Assembly: GCA_020831465.1 (NCBI GenBank)
Contig: JAFIGI010000012.1
Coordinates: forward strand, 2,073-66,072
Direction of reading: 5' to 3'
Length of the DNA stretch: 64,000 nt
Source: Chlamydiales bacterium
GTDB taxonomy: Bacteria; Chlamydiota; Chlamydiia; Chlamydiales; JAAKFR01
Shown: piece after piece, positions 55,184 to 63,549 of the stretch
Position numbering within the stretch: the stretch's first letter is position 1
How the letters are laid out: each line of letters opens with the position of its first letter
Notes under the pieces: generated by a model
The model's input: the letters and a program-made list of their open reading frames with translations, nothing else
What the model was told of the DNA's origin: nothing
The model's database searches: none
Program-made: the position numbers and the translations under genes

Positions 55184-56559
55184 CTGGTTAACGAAGCTGC
55201 TGCAATCGGTTTAAGTCCTTCAAGCAAACTCGGCACGAGCTCGGTGACGGTAGGATGGATGTGAACGCACTGCTGGATAGAGGTGTAGGGAGCCTTTGCT
55301 TGGATGATGTTGGCAATCATCTGAATCACTTCGTCACAGCCGGTTCCTAGAAAGCTCGCTCCTAAGATCCATTTGGATTCGGCGTCAACGAGGATCTTCA
55401 TAAAACCTTCGGTCTCCCCCTTCTCGCGTGCGCGCGCTACTTTCGTCATGGGTAGAGTCGCTTTGAGCGCGCTGATTCCCGATTCTTTAACCTGCTCTTC
55501 AGTCATGCCGACCCGCCCAAGAGGTGGGTCGATAAAAAGAGCATAGATGGGGATCCGGTCGCTTGCTTTGCGCGATGCGTTGTCAAAGAGATTGGCGGCG
55601 ACGATCTCGTAGTCGTTGTAGGAGGTGTGGGTGAATGCCCCGCGCCCGTTGCAATCTCCAATCGCCCAGATATGCGGCCGGCTGGTGCGCAGCGTATCGT
55701 CGACTTTGATGAAGCCGCGCTTGTCAACCTCGATGCCGGCTTTTTCGAGGCCAAGGTCGTCGGTGTTGGGGATTCTCCCGGTGGCGAGTAGGAGATGCGT
55801 TCCATGAAAGCTCTTTTGCTCCACCTTGATGTGGATATCTCCCTCTTTTGATTCGGGCAAAATTTCCAGCTCTTTTGCTTCAGTGATGATTTCAATCCCC
55901 TCTTTTTTCAGTATCTCGCGAATCGCCAGCGAAACGTCGACGTCTTCTTTAGGCATAATGTGAGGGCGGCGTTGAAAGAGGGTGACTTTGCTTCCAAAAC
56001 GGCGGAAAATCTGGGCGAACTCGACAGCGATATACCCTCCCCCGACAATTAGGAGGTGCTCAGGGAGATAGTCGACATCCATCAGAGAGGAATTGTTCAG
56101 ATAGGGAACCTTTTCCAGGCCGGGAATCCTCGGTCTATCGGCCCGCCCGCCGACATTGATAAAAATCTTCTCCCCTTCAATGACCTGATTATTGACGCGG
56201 ACCTGATTGGGCCCGTCGAAAACGGCCTGCCCCTCGATCACAGTGCAGCCGCCCATCCCCTTAAGCCACTCATGCACTCCCCTCGCACTCTCTTTCACAA
56301 GAGCGTCTTTGCGCGCCTTGACTTTCTTCATATCAATCGTAAATCTTTCGACTTCAATCCCGAAGAACGCAGCATTTCGGACTGTATGCATCGCCTTGGC
56401 GTTTGCAACAAGAGCTTTTGTTGGGGTGCAACCATTGTTGACGCAGGTCCCGCCGAAACGCTTGCGCTCGATGATCGCGACTCTCTTCCCCTCTTTTGAA
56501 AACCTGCCGGCTAAAGAGGGACCGGACTGCCCTGTGCCAATAATGATCGCGTCGTACAT
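55180..56559 (-). CDS. class I pyridine nucleotide-disulfide oxidoreductase
   Basis: Start at M71 of ORF 55180-56769. MYDAIIIGTGQSGPS (FAD GxGxxG), redox-active GGTCVNNGCTPTK, and C-terminal HIHPTVTE dimerisation motif. 4-nt overlap with the ade start. Confidence 0.85.
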   Translation of the reverse strand: MYDAIIIGTGQSGPSLAGRFSKEGKRVAIIERKRFGGTCVNNGCTPTKALVANAKAMHTVRNAAFFGIEVERFTIDMKKVKARKDALVKESARGVHEWLKGMGGCTVIEGQAVFDGPNQVRVNNQVIEGEKIFINVGGRADRPRIPGLEKVPYLNNSSLMDVDYLPEHLLIVGGGYIAVEFAQIFRRFGSKVTLFQRRPHIMPKEDVDVSLAIREILKKEGIEIITEAKELEILPESKEGDIHIKVEQKSFHGTHLLLATGRIPNTDDLGLEKAGIEVDKRGFIKVDDTLRTSRPHIWAIGDCNGRGAFTHTSYNDYEIVAANLFDNASRKASDRIPIYALFIDPPLGRVGMTEEQVKESGISALKATLPMTKVARAREKGETEGFMKILVDAESKWILGASFLGTGCDEVIQMIANIIQAKAPYTSIQQCVHIHPTVTELVPSLLEGLKPIAAASLTR

Positions 56560-56623
56560 TTTTCCTCGATTTAGTCTCTTTATATTGCGAAAAATTCTTT
56601 TCTGTCTATTGTAGGAACTGCAT

Positions 56624-56947
56624 ATGAAAGAAGAAAAACTCCTGCATCTGCTGAAAAAGAAGAAGGGCTTCTTTGAAACGATCCTCGATTTAACCGAGAC
56701 AGAAGCCGATCTTCCTATCCAAGAATGGATCGCCACTTTGGAACAGAAAAAAATTCTTCTCTCCTGCATCGATGAGCTAGATGCTGAAATCCGCCCCTTT
56801 CAGCAGAGGATGCATGACATTTCTCAAGAAGTTTCTGAAGAGCTCGAGCAGATCCGTAAGGTTATTCGAAAGATCCTCCACCTCGACTCCCAAAATCAAC
56901 TGAAACGCAAACAAGAGCTCAAACTCGATGAAGGAATTATCGACTGA
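56624..56947 (+). CDS. hypothetical helical protein upstream of ctcB
   Basis: 107-aa coiled-coil-like ORF overlapping the ctcB start by 20 nt. No family recognised. Confidence 0.5.
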   Translation: MKEEKLLHLLKKKKGFFETILDLTETEADLPIQEWIATLEQKKILLSCIDELDAEIRPFQQRMHDISQEVSEELEQIRKVIRKILHLDSQNQLKRKQELKLDEGIID

Positions 56948-58022
56948 CCTTCACAGCCAAGTCGCTCTTTTTTCTAAAGAAACAAAACGTCTTGAAGAAG
57001 CGCACGAGCTGCTCCAGAAGCGATTCGATGAGCTAAAAGCGAAATTCGACGCCTCGCATCAAACGTTGGAAAAAATCGTCAGCCATATGTCGGACGGTCT
57101 TTTCTTCGTGACTCAAGAAGGAATCGTCACCCTCTATAACCCCGCTGCGGCCTCTATTATTGAGATACCTCAAGAAATGGTGCTCGGACGACCCTTCTGG
57201 GACCATTTCTGCGATGAGCTGTTTGGGTTCCCTCTTGCAAACGCCTTGAAAAACGGGCGCACGCCGGGACGGATTCTATTGACTCTTTCTAATGAACGTG
57301 AAATTGAAGTCGCTCCTACTCTCATCCCCGAAAAAGGGATCGTACTTCTACTCAATGACCGTACCCAGCTTAAACAATTAGAAAATAGCGTTCAACAGAG
57401 CGATAGACTTAAAGAACTTGGGGAGATGGCGGCAACTCTCGCCCACGAAATACGCAACCCTCTCGGCGGGATCGAGGGGTTCGCTTCTCTATTGAAAAGG
57501 GAATTGAAAGAACCTCTGCAACAACGCATGGTTGATTCCATTCTAGAGGGAAGTCGCACCCTTAACTCTCTTGTAATAAATGTTTTAGAGTACGCACGCC
57601 CTCTTGCTCTTCATTTCGAGCTGACCGATTTGGCGGCTTTTATCCAAGAAACCGCCGAGCTCGCCCAAAGCTGCGGCCACTGCTGCAAGGTTAAGATTGA
57701 AAGTAGATGCACTGCTTCGATAGATCCCTGTCGGATGCGACTTGTGCTTCTCAACCTGATTAGAAACGGATGCGAGGCGGGATCCTCTTTTGTCGAGATT
57801 ATCTTGACCAAAGCGGGAAAGGTTGTCATAAAGGACCGGGGTGAGGGGATTGCGGAAGAAAAACTCGAGAAAATCTTTACCCCTTTTTTCACCACTAAGA
57901 CGACAGGAACGGGTTTAGGCCTTTCTGAGGCATACAAAGTCATGCAGGCGCATGGGGGCACCATTACCGTTGACTCAAAATTGGGAAAGGGGACATCTAT
58001 TACATTAGATTATGGGAATTGA
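56928..58022 (+). CDS. ctcB: sensor histidine kinase (CtcB / AtoS-NtrB-like)
   Basis: 364 aa. PAS-like region, H-box MAATLAHEIRNPLGGI, and ATPase G-boxes DRGEGI and GTGLGLS. Confidence 0.8.
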   Translation: MKELSTDLHSQVALFSKETKRLEEAHELLQKRFDELKAKFDASHQTLEKIVSHMSDGLFFVTQEGIVTLYNPAAASIIEIPQEMVLGRPFWDHFCDELFGFPLANALKNGRTPGRILLTLSNEREIEVAPTLIPEKGIVLLLNDRTQLKQLENSVQQSDRLKELGEMAATLAHEIRNPLGGIEGFASLLKRELKEPLQQRMVDSILEGSRTLNSLVINVLEYARPLALHFELTDLAAFIQETAELAQSCGHCCKVKIESRCTASIDPCRMRLVLLNLIRNGCEAGSSFVEIILTKAGKVVIKDRGEGIAEEKLEKIFTPFFTTKTTGTGLGLSEAYKVMQAHGGTITVDSKLGKGTSITLDYGN

Positions 58023-59169
58023 AACGATCTTAGTTGCCGAAGATGAGGAGCTCATGCGCCGCTTTTTGGAAGAAGCCCTTAAGCGGAAAGGATTTGCTGT
58101 CGATGCAGCCGAAAATGGGAAAGAGGCTATCTCCCTACTCAAGAAAAACTCCTACGACCTTGTGATTACCGACATGAAAATGCCGGATCTCTCAGGACTT
58201 GAGATACTAAAAAAAACGAAAGAACTCTCTCCCCAGACACTTGTTCTCGTGATGACGGCCTATGGAACGATCGAAAATGCCGTAGAGGCGATGCGACTGG
58301 GAGCGTTCAACTATCTGCTCAAACCTTTCACTCCGGAAGCAATCGAGGCTCTAATCGACAAGGCATCGGAACATCAATCGCTCATAAACGAGAACACCTA
58401 CCTTAGAGAGCAGGTAGCCTCCAAAGTTAAAATCATTGCAGAAAGCCCATTGATGAAGAGGGTCCTCGAGGAGGCGGTCCGGGTTGCCAAAAGCCAGGCA
58501 AGCGTACTAATCCATGGTGAATCCGGCACAGGCAAGGAGGTGATCGCAGGAGCGATCCACGCCCATTCTCTACGCGCAAAAAATCCTTATATTCGCGTCA
58601 ACTGCGCCGCCGTACCGGACACACTCATCGAATCGGAATTTTTTGGTCATGAGAAAGGCTCCTTTACGGGGGCGAACTCGAAGCGACTGGGCCGTTTCGA
58701 GCTGGCGGACGGAGGAACACTGCTGCTCGACGAGATCACCGAGATCCCCCTTAACTTGCAGCCAAAGTTGCTTCGCGTCATTCAGGAACAGGAATTTGAA
58801 CGTGTTGGTGGAAGCCGGCCGGTCTCTGTAGACGTCCGTTTAATCTCTACATCCAACAGAAATTTGAAAAATGCAATTGAAGAAAAAATCTTCAGGGAAG
58901 ACCTCTATTACCGTCTCAATGTGGTTCCTATCTTTCTCCCCTCCCTGCGCGAACGAAAAGAAGATATTCTCCCACTTGTCCGCCACTTTCTGGATAAATT
59001 TTGTTTTGAAAACAATAAAAGGGTTAAAATCCTCTCGAAAAAAGCGGAGGAAAAACTCCTCGAATACCATTGGCCGGGAAATATTCGCGAGCTGGCAAAC
59101 GTCATTGAACGAGTCGTTGTCTTGGATTACGGCGAAACCGTTGAGCCCGCGCATTTTTCATTAGATTAA
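58012..59169 (+). CDS. ctcC: sigma-54-dependent response regulator (CtcC / NtrC-like) without a C-terminal HTH
   Basis: 385 aa. Receiver domain (DLVITDMKMP), AAA+ Walker A GESGTGKE, and GSFTGA (the GAFTGA sigma-54 contact motif). It ends shortly after the AAA+ domain, as in the chlamydial CtcC. Confidence 0.88.
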   Translation: MGIETILVAEDEELMRRFLEEALKRKGFAVDAAENGKEAISLLKKNSYDLVITDMKMPDLSGLEILKKTKELSPQTLVLVMTAYGTIENAVEAMRLGAFNYLLKPFTPEAIEALIDKASEHQSLINENTYLREQVASKVKIIAESPLMKRVLEEAVRVAKSQASVLIHGESGTGKEVIAGAIHAHSLRAKNPYIRVNCAAVPDTLIESEFFGHEKGSFTGANSKRLGRFELADGGTLLLDEITEIPLNLQPKLLRVIQEQEFERVGGSRPVSVDVRLISTSNRNLKNAIEEKIFREDLYYRLNVVPIFLPSLRERKEDILPLVRHFLDKFCFENNKRVKILSKKAEEKLLEYHWPGNIRELANVIERVVVLDYGETVEPAHFSLD

Positions 59170-59190
59170 TTGTAAAAATAGAGAGATTTT

Positions 59191-59574
59191 ATGACTTGTA
59201 CTCCTTCTCCCTACTTCTACAGAGAGGGAGCTTGCGAGCATCTTATTAAAGGGACCGCTTGGGGAGCGGGGTCGATCGGGACAACCCTTACGATTGTTAT
59301 GATTGCCGTAGGGATGCTGATCCTCGGAGTGGCATCTATTGTATGGGATATCTCTTTTATCTATAAATGGTCTATCGTCAATTCCTTCAATCTTCTTTGG
59401 GGCATCCCCGTAACCACCCTCCTTATTGCTCTCGATATCGGGCTTACCTGGCGGATCGGCACTTACTCTGTCGAGGCGATCCGCGGCTTAGCCGGTTTGA
59501 CCAAAGTTGCGGTAGAGAATGCGCGCACTCACTTTAGGGCCATCTGCTTGACTCCTGCCAATAGCATCTTGTAG
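59191..59574 (+). CDS. hypothetical membrane protein (two TM segments)
   Basis: 127 aa. IGTTLTIVMIAVGMLILGVASIVW and LLWGIPVTTLLIALDIGLTW. Confidence 0.5.
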   Translation: MTCTPSPYFYREGACEHLIKGTAWGAGSIGTTLTIVMIAVGMLILGVASIVWDISFIYKWSIVNSFNLLWGIPVTTLLIALDIGLTWRIGTYSVEAIRGLAGLTKVAVENARTHFRAICLTPANSIL

Positions 59575-60026
59575 GAGGGCAAACCCGATTCAAACCGAAA
59601 ATGGCCGGCTATAGAATCAAAATGGCCGGTCAATACTTGCTCACCGTTCGCCAATGCAAGATAGGGAGCTTTCACAACGGAATTATACCCGACGACCTGG
59701 TTCGCAAATTTAGGCGTCAGGGGAACAGCTTTACACTCGACCATCAAGAGGGGGAAAAGTGGGTGGTCAGGATGAATCTCTTTTGCAAAGGCGATCAGGT
59801 CCGCACGCCGTTTGGGTGTTTCACTTTGAACCTGTCGCAAATGCGGCAAGAGCGAGAGCTCCTTTTCTACCGACAATAGGGATAACGGATAGCCCAACTC
59901 CCCTACCATCTTTTGAATCAGCTCCTGGCGGATGACCTCTTCCGGCTCGGGTTCGACCCATTTCTTGCGAACGGGATCAAAAAGGCGATTATTCCGCTTC
60001 GATAACTCCATAATTTCCATCATCAC
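59529..60026 (-). CDS. HsdR N-terminal-like (type I restriction enzyme R N-terminus family) domain protein
   Basis: 165 aa. PEEVIRQELIQKMVGELGYP...KRRADLIAF...LMVECK fits the HSDR_N nuclease-like pattern. Start among the MMMEIM codons is uncertain. Confidence 0.5.
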   Translation of the reverse strand: MMMEIMELSKRNNRLFDPVRKKWVEPEPEEVIRQELIQKMVGELGYPLSLLSVEKELSLLPHLRQVQSETPKRRADLIAFAKEIHPDHPLFPLLMVECKAVPLTPKFANQVVGYNSVVKAPYLALANGEQVLTGHFDSIAGHFRFESGLPSYKMLLAGVKQMALK

Positions 60027-60627
60027 GGCGATAGATCACTTTCAGCTTCTGATCCTCTTCGCTTCTGTAAACCAAAAAGTGTTCTTCAGAGAGCTCCATT
60101 TTCATGATCGCCTCTTCTTGATTGAGCGTTTTGAGCCGACGTTTCTCCTTGCTCACGACCCTGTGGGGGCGCAGTTCCTCTTCGACATGGCGCAGGTTTT
60201 CTTCCTCGATTTGATCATTGATATCATCAAGCGGCGAGATCCGTTCGATTACATTGACATTCACATCGATTTCGGCAAGCCCTTTCGCGTTATGCTCATG
60301 AATCCGTTTCATATAGCGGCGCAGCTTTGACTCGAGGCGGGCAATTGCCCGATCAACCGAAGCGTACATGTTTTCGCTGCGACCCGTCACTTTGATCACG
60401 GTGTTGTTGACATTGACGAGAAAATCGACACTTTGCATCAATTTTTGGATATCCATGATGATAACCGCGTCGATCACACGTCCGCCGAATCGTTCCACTT
60501 TCGAGAGTTTATCGATCGCATAGGATTTCATCGGTTCAGTGATATCAACATGCCGGCCGATGATTTGAATCGGATACTCTTTATGGGTGAATTTTTCCTT
60601 GACTTCAGCTTTTGTCTTCTCAGGCAT
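59989..60627 (-). CDS. hpf: ribosome hibernation promoting factor, long form
   Basis: 212 aa. IQIIGRHVDITEPMKSYAIDKLSKVERF (S30AE/RaiA fold) plus a C-terminal dimerisation domain FLVYRSEEDQKLKVIYRRDDGNYGVIE. Confidence 0.88.
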   Translation of the reverse strand: MPEKTKAEVKEKFTHKEYPIQIIGRHVDITEPMKSYAIDKLSKVERFGGRVIDAVIIMDIQKLMQSVDFLVNVNNTVIKVTGRSENMYASVDRAIARLESKLRRYMKRIHEHNAKGLAEIDVNVNVIERISPLDDINDQIEEENLRHVEEELRPHRVVSKEKRRLKTLNQEEAIMKMELSEEHFLVYRSEEDQKLKVIYRRDDGNYGVIEAE

Positions 60628-60691
60628 GGTTCCCTCTCATTTCAGTTATGATGACTATACAACAAAAAAAAGAAGAAACCCAATGGAAATC

Positions 60692-61738
60692 TTAACGTCG
60701 CTGCCGAATGGTTTTACGCAATTTAAGGTTGCCGAGCTGTCCGCACGCCGCCATAATCTGCTGCCCCTTGGTTCCGCGCACAAACGTTAAATAGCCGTGG
60801 GCGCGCATACGGGCGGCAAAAGCATCGACTCTCTGTCCCTCCGGCGCAGCGAACCTGTCTCGGCTCTGCGGATTGTAAGGAATCAGATTGAGAGTCAGAC
60901 GGAGCCCCTGGAGATAAACGGCGAGCTCATCGGCGTTCTTAAGGCTGTCGGTTTTTCCCGCGATCAGCACATATTCAGCCAAGATGCGCCGTCTCGGATC
61001 GCGACAATAAGCTTCCATCGCCGCCTTCAGCTCTTCCATATCATGACGACGATTCACCGGCATCAGGCGGTTGCGCATTTCATTATTAGGAGAGTTGATT
61101 GAGACTGCAAGATTGATTGCCGGGTTGGCCTCTTCGATTAGGCGGTAGATTTGATCGACAAGTCCGCTTGTCGAAATCGTGATCCGGCTCGGTCCAAGCC
61201 CAAATCCATTCATATCGGTCAAGATGCGGATAGCCCCCATCACCGCTTCATAGTTATCCAGCGGCTCTCCCATTCCCATGAAGACGATATTGCGCACATC
61301 GAGGCCCAAGCCATGCTTGGCCTGATAGATTTGGCCGACGATTTCATCAACCGTTAACGAACGCAGCAGGCCCATGCGGCCCGTTTCACAGAACAGACAC
61401 CCCATCCGGCAGCCGACCTGCGAGGAGATGCAGAGTGTGCACCCGGCCTTCATAGGTAGTGAAACCATCTCCACTTCCAGTCCATCAGCCGTTTTGAGCA
61501 GATGTTTTTCCGTTTGATTTTCATCTCCCCGCCCGATTAGCGGGAGGAGGGAAAAGTCGGTCAGCCCGATGATCTCATTTAGAAGTTTTTGTGCGTTTTT
61601 GAAATGGGGATCCTTTCCTGCGGACGTCCCTTCCTGAAACCATTCGCGGTAGAGCAGCCGGGCATGTTCCATTCCCTTTCCCAATCTCTTTACTACAGCT
61701 TCGGCGTAGGATTTTGATGTATGTGCAAGAATTTTCAA
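60692..61738 (-). CDS. rlmN: 23S rRNA/tRNA adenine-C2 methyltransferase, radical SAM
   Basis: 348 aa. CISSQVGCRMGCLFCETG (CxxxCxxC), GMGEPLDN, and C-terminal AACGQL. Confidence 0.92.
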   Translation of the reverse strand: MKILAHTSKSYAEAVVKRLGKGMEHARLLYREWFQEGTSAGKDPHFKNAQKLLNEIIGLTDFSLLPLIGRGDENQTEKHLLKTADGLEVEMVSLPMKAGCTLCISSQVGCRMGCLFCETGRMGLLRSLTVDEIVGQIYQAKHGLGLDVRNIVFMGMGEPLDNYEAVMGAIRILTDMNGFGLGPSRITISTSGLVDQIYRLIEEANPAINLAVSINSPNNEMRNRLMPVNRRHDMEELKAAMEAYCRDPRRRILAEYVLIAGKTDSLKNADELAVYLQGLRLTLNLIPYNPQSRDRFAAPEGQRVDAFAARMRAHGYLTFVRGTKGQQIMAACGQLGNLKLRKTIRQRR

Positions 61739-61812
61739 TTGAAAACGAGAGATTTTGGTGCAGTAGGCGAAAAGCCGGTTCGTTCAAATGCGGACAAAAG
61801 ATCCACTTTATT

Positions 61813-61886
61813 CGCACCGAAGAGGACTCGAACCTCTAACCACCTGGTTCGAAGCCAGGTACTCTATCCGATTGAGCTATCGGTGC
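61813..61886 (-). tRNA. tRNA-Arg (anticodon TCG)
   Basis: Hand fold of the reverse complement: acceptor GCACCGA/TCGGTGC, D arm GCTC-AATCGGATA-GAGT, anticodon stem CCTGG/CCAGG with loop CTTCGAA, T arm AGAGG-TTCGAGT-CCTCT, discriminator G. Confidence 0.9.
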
Positions 61887-61948
61887 AGGTGGGAGAAGAT
61901 TAGCAGGTTTTGGGGTTGACGACAAGGAGAATGTGGATCAGAATTCTT

Positions 61949-62114
61949 CATGAACCTATCCGCAAAGTGATGAACTTGCTTTTTGACTCTTTTTACGCAT
62001 CTTTTCGAGGCAGTGAGCACTCCTACTTACTTAAGTATGTCCTGCTCACTACCTCGAAAACCTGCGAAAAAATCCAACTAAAATCAAATCCACCACTTTA
62101 CGGATAGGTTCATG
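61949..62114. repeat. nested inverted-repeat element (candidate structured RNA) between tRNA-Arg and recO
   Basis: Outer 21-nt arms 61949-61969 / 62094-62114 with 1 mismatch. Inner 18-nt arms 62002-62019 / 62043-62060 with 1 mismatch. The stems are separated by 32- and 33-nt unpaired segments. The outer right arm covers the recO ATG. Confidence 0.6.
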
Positions 62115-62771
62115 GAACGTTGCTTTGGGGTTGTTTTATCGGTTTTGGATTTTCGGGAGAGTGATCAGATTGTGACTCTTTTTACTCCGGGAGGGATTAT
62201 TAAATTTTTCGTTAAGCGGCGGCGTTCGCCTTTGGTTGCGGTTTTGAATGAGGGGGAGTTTGTTTATGTTGCAGGGAGGGGGGAGATGCATAGGCTTCGG
62301 GACGGGACGATTTTGGAGCAGCATGGGCGGCTAAGGGAGCGGCTGGAGAATTTGGAGGCAGCGGGGAAGCTGGTCCAGGCGATCCGGAAATCCCAGATGC
62401 CGGGAAAGGCTGCGCCCCATTTGTATCAACTTTTCTGCTATTTTTTGCGGGTGATTCCGGAGGTCGAGCGTCCTTTGGATGTGGCTGCCCTCTTTTTGGT
62501 CAAAACGTTGAAGCACGAGGGGATTTTCCAGCTTTTGGAGCGCTGCTCGTTATGCGAAAACCCTCCTTTGGCCCGTTATGGAGGCGAGCGGTTTTGCCGG
62601 GAACACGCCCCGATCGAAGCCGTTGAACTCTCTATGGAAGAGGAAAAACGACTCCAAGAGCTGGCCGAGGGGCGCTCATTGAAAGAGCTATTGGCCAAGC
62701 CAATTGAGCTGCACGAGCAAATCTCTTTATTTTTTAATCAAATCTTTAATAATAAAAAATATAATATATAG
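62112..62771 (+). CDS. recO: DNA repair protein RecO
   Basis: 219 aa. N-terminal OB-fold pattern GVVLSVLDFRESDQIVTLFTPGG and a Cys-containing zinc-finger-like C-terminal half (CSLCENP...FCREH). Confidence 0.8.
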   Translation: MERCFGVVLSVLDFRESDQIVTLFTPGGIIKFFVKRRRSPLVAVLNEGEFVYVAGRGEMHRLRDGTILEQHGRLRERLENLEAAGKLVQAIRKSQMPGKAAPHLYQLFCYFLRVIPEVERPLDVAALFLVKTLKHEGIFQLLERCSLCENPPLARYGGERFCREHAPIEAVELSMEEEKRLQELAEGRSLKELLAKPIELHEQISLFFNQIFNNKKYNI

Positions 62772-62803
62772 ATAGTTATGATTAAATATGATACAATGTT
62801 AGT

Positions 62804-63523
62804 ATGTTAAAATTACCATATATAAATATTTCAATTTCTTTAATCGGTAAGCCTACCGAGGGTTTTTTAAAAAAAAACTGCAGAGATGAAAAAAAATTTG
62901 GATCAAGAGAGATTTTGACCCGAATGGTGAGCTTCGGGAGCTCAATCGGTGTTGCTTTTACAGGAATAGCGGATACGTTTATTGGGCTTAGTTGCGCGTT
63001 AGGAGCAATAGGAACCTTAGGCAGGTCTGAAAAAGCTAACTTACACACTTTTAATCATTTACAAAGTTGTACCAAGCTCATCTCCCGGCCTTATAAGTAT
63101 CTAGTGCAAACCTTGAATCCCCATGCTAAGTTCACAAAAGAGGGATCTGTTCCGATTGAGGGTGGTGGGTTGATCACCGATTTTGTGAAACAAAAATTAA
63201 ATGATGCTCTTAAGTCATGCACCAAGCCCGAAAGAGGATCGGGAGGAATGAGGCATATCGTCTCTAGATTGACAGTAATTCTGAGAACAGTTGCCTCTCT
63301 CATTACGCGGATTGTGGATTTTCCAATCGGCTTGATCGCGGGGCTTTTCTCCCTTCTCACTTTTGGAAGATACGAATCCTTGAATAATGCGGCATTGAGA
63401 GGCCTTCAGATCACTGGAATCGTAACCGATCTCTTTGAGGGCGTGATTCAATTTCTGAATCCAGAAGCCACCGTACAAATTGGCTACTATGATCCTCTTA
63501 CAAAAAAGTTAGTATACCTATAG
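62804..63523 (+). CDS. hypothetical membrane-associated protein (AT-rich, orphan)
   Basis: 239 aa. Hydrophobic stretches SIGVAFTGIADTFIGLSCALGAIGTLG and FPIGLIAGLFSLLTFG. Very AT-rich upstream spacer. Start uncertain (M41 is possible). Confidence 0.5.
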   Translation: MLKLPYINISISLIGKPTEGFLKKNCRDEKKFGSREILTRMVSFGSSIGVAFTGIADTFIGLSCALGAIGTLGRSEKANLHTFNHLQSCTKLISRPYKYLVQTLNPHAKFTKEGSVPIEGGGLITDFVKQKLNDALKSCTKPERGSGGMRHIVSRLTVILRTVASLITRIVDFPIGLIAGLFSLLTFGRYESLNNAALRGLQITGIVTDLFEGVIQFLNPEATVQIGYYDPLTKKLVYL

Positions 63524-63549
63524 AAAAAAACCACCGTTAGCAACCAAAA

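Noticed and set aside
56560-56769. The 70-codon N-terminal extension of the oxidoreductase ORF (start at 56769).
   Set aside because: The extension (…SKKPFFFFSRCRSFSSFICSS…) is non-protein-like and overlaps the upstream hypothetical gene on the other strand. The FAD-binding GxGxxG begins right after the ATG at 56559.
61910-62107. A 65-aa ORF between tRNA-Arg and recO.
   Set aside because: It coincides exactly with the nested inverted repeats, so its openness is probably a by-product of the palindrome. There is no RBS and the composition is not protein-like.
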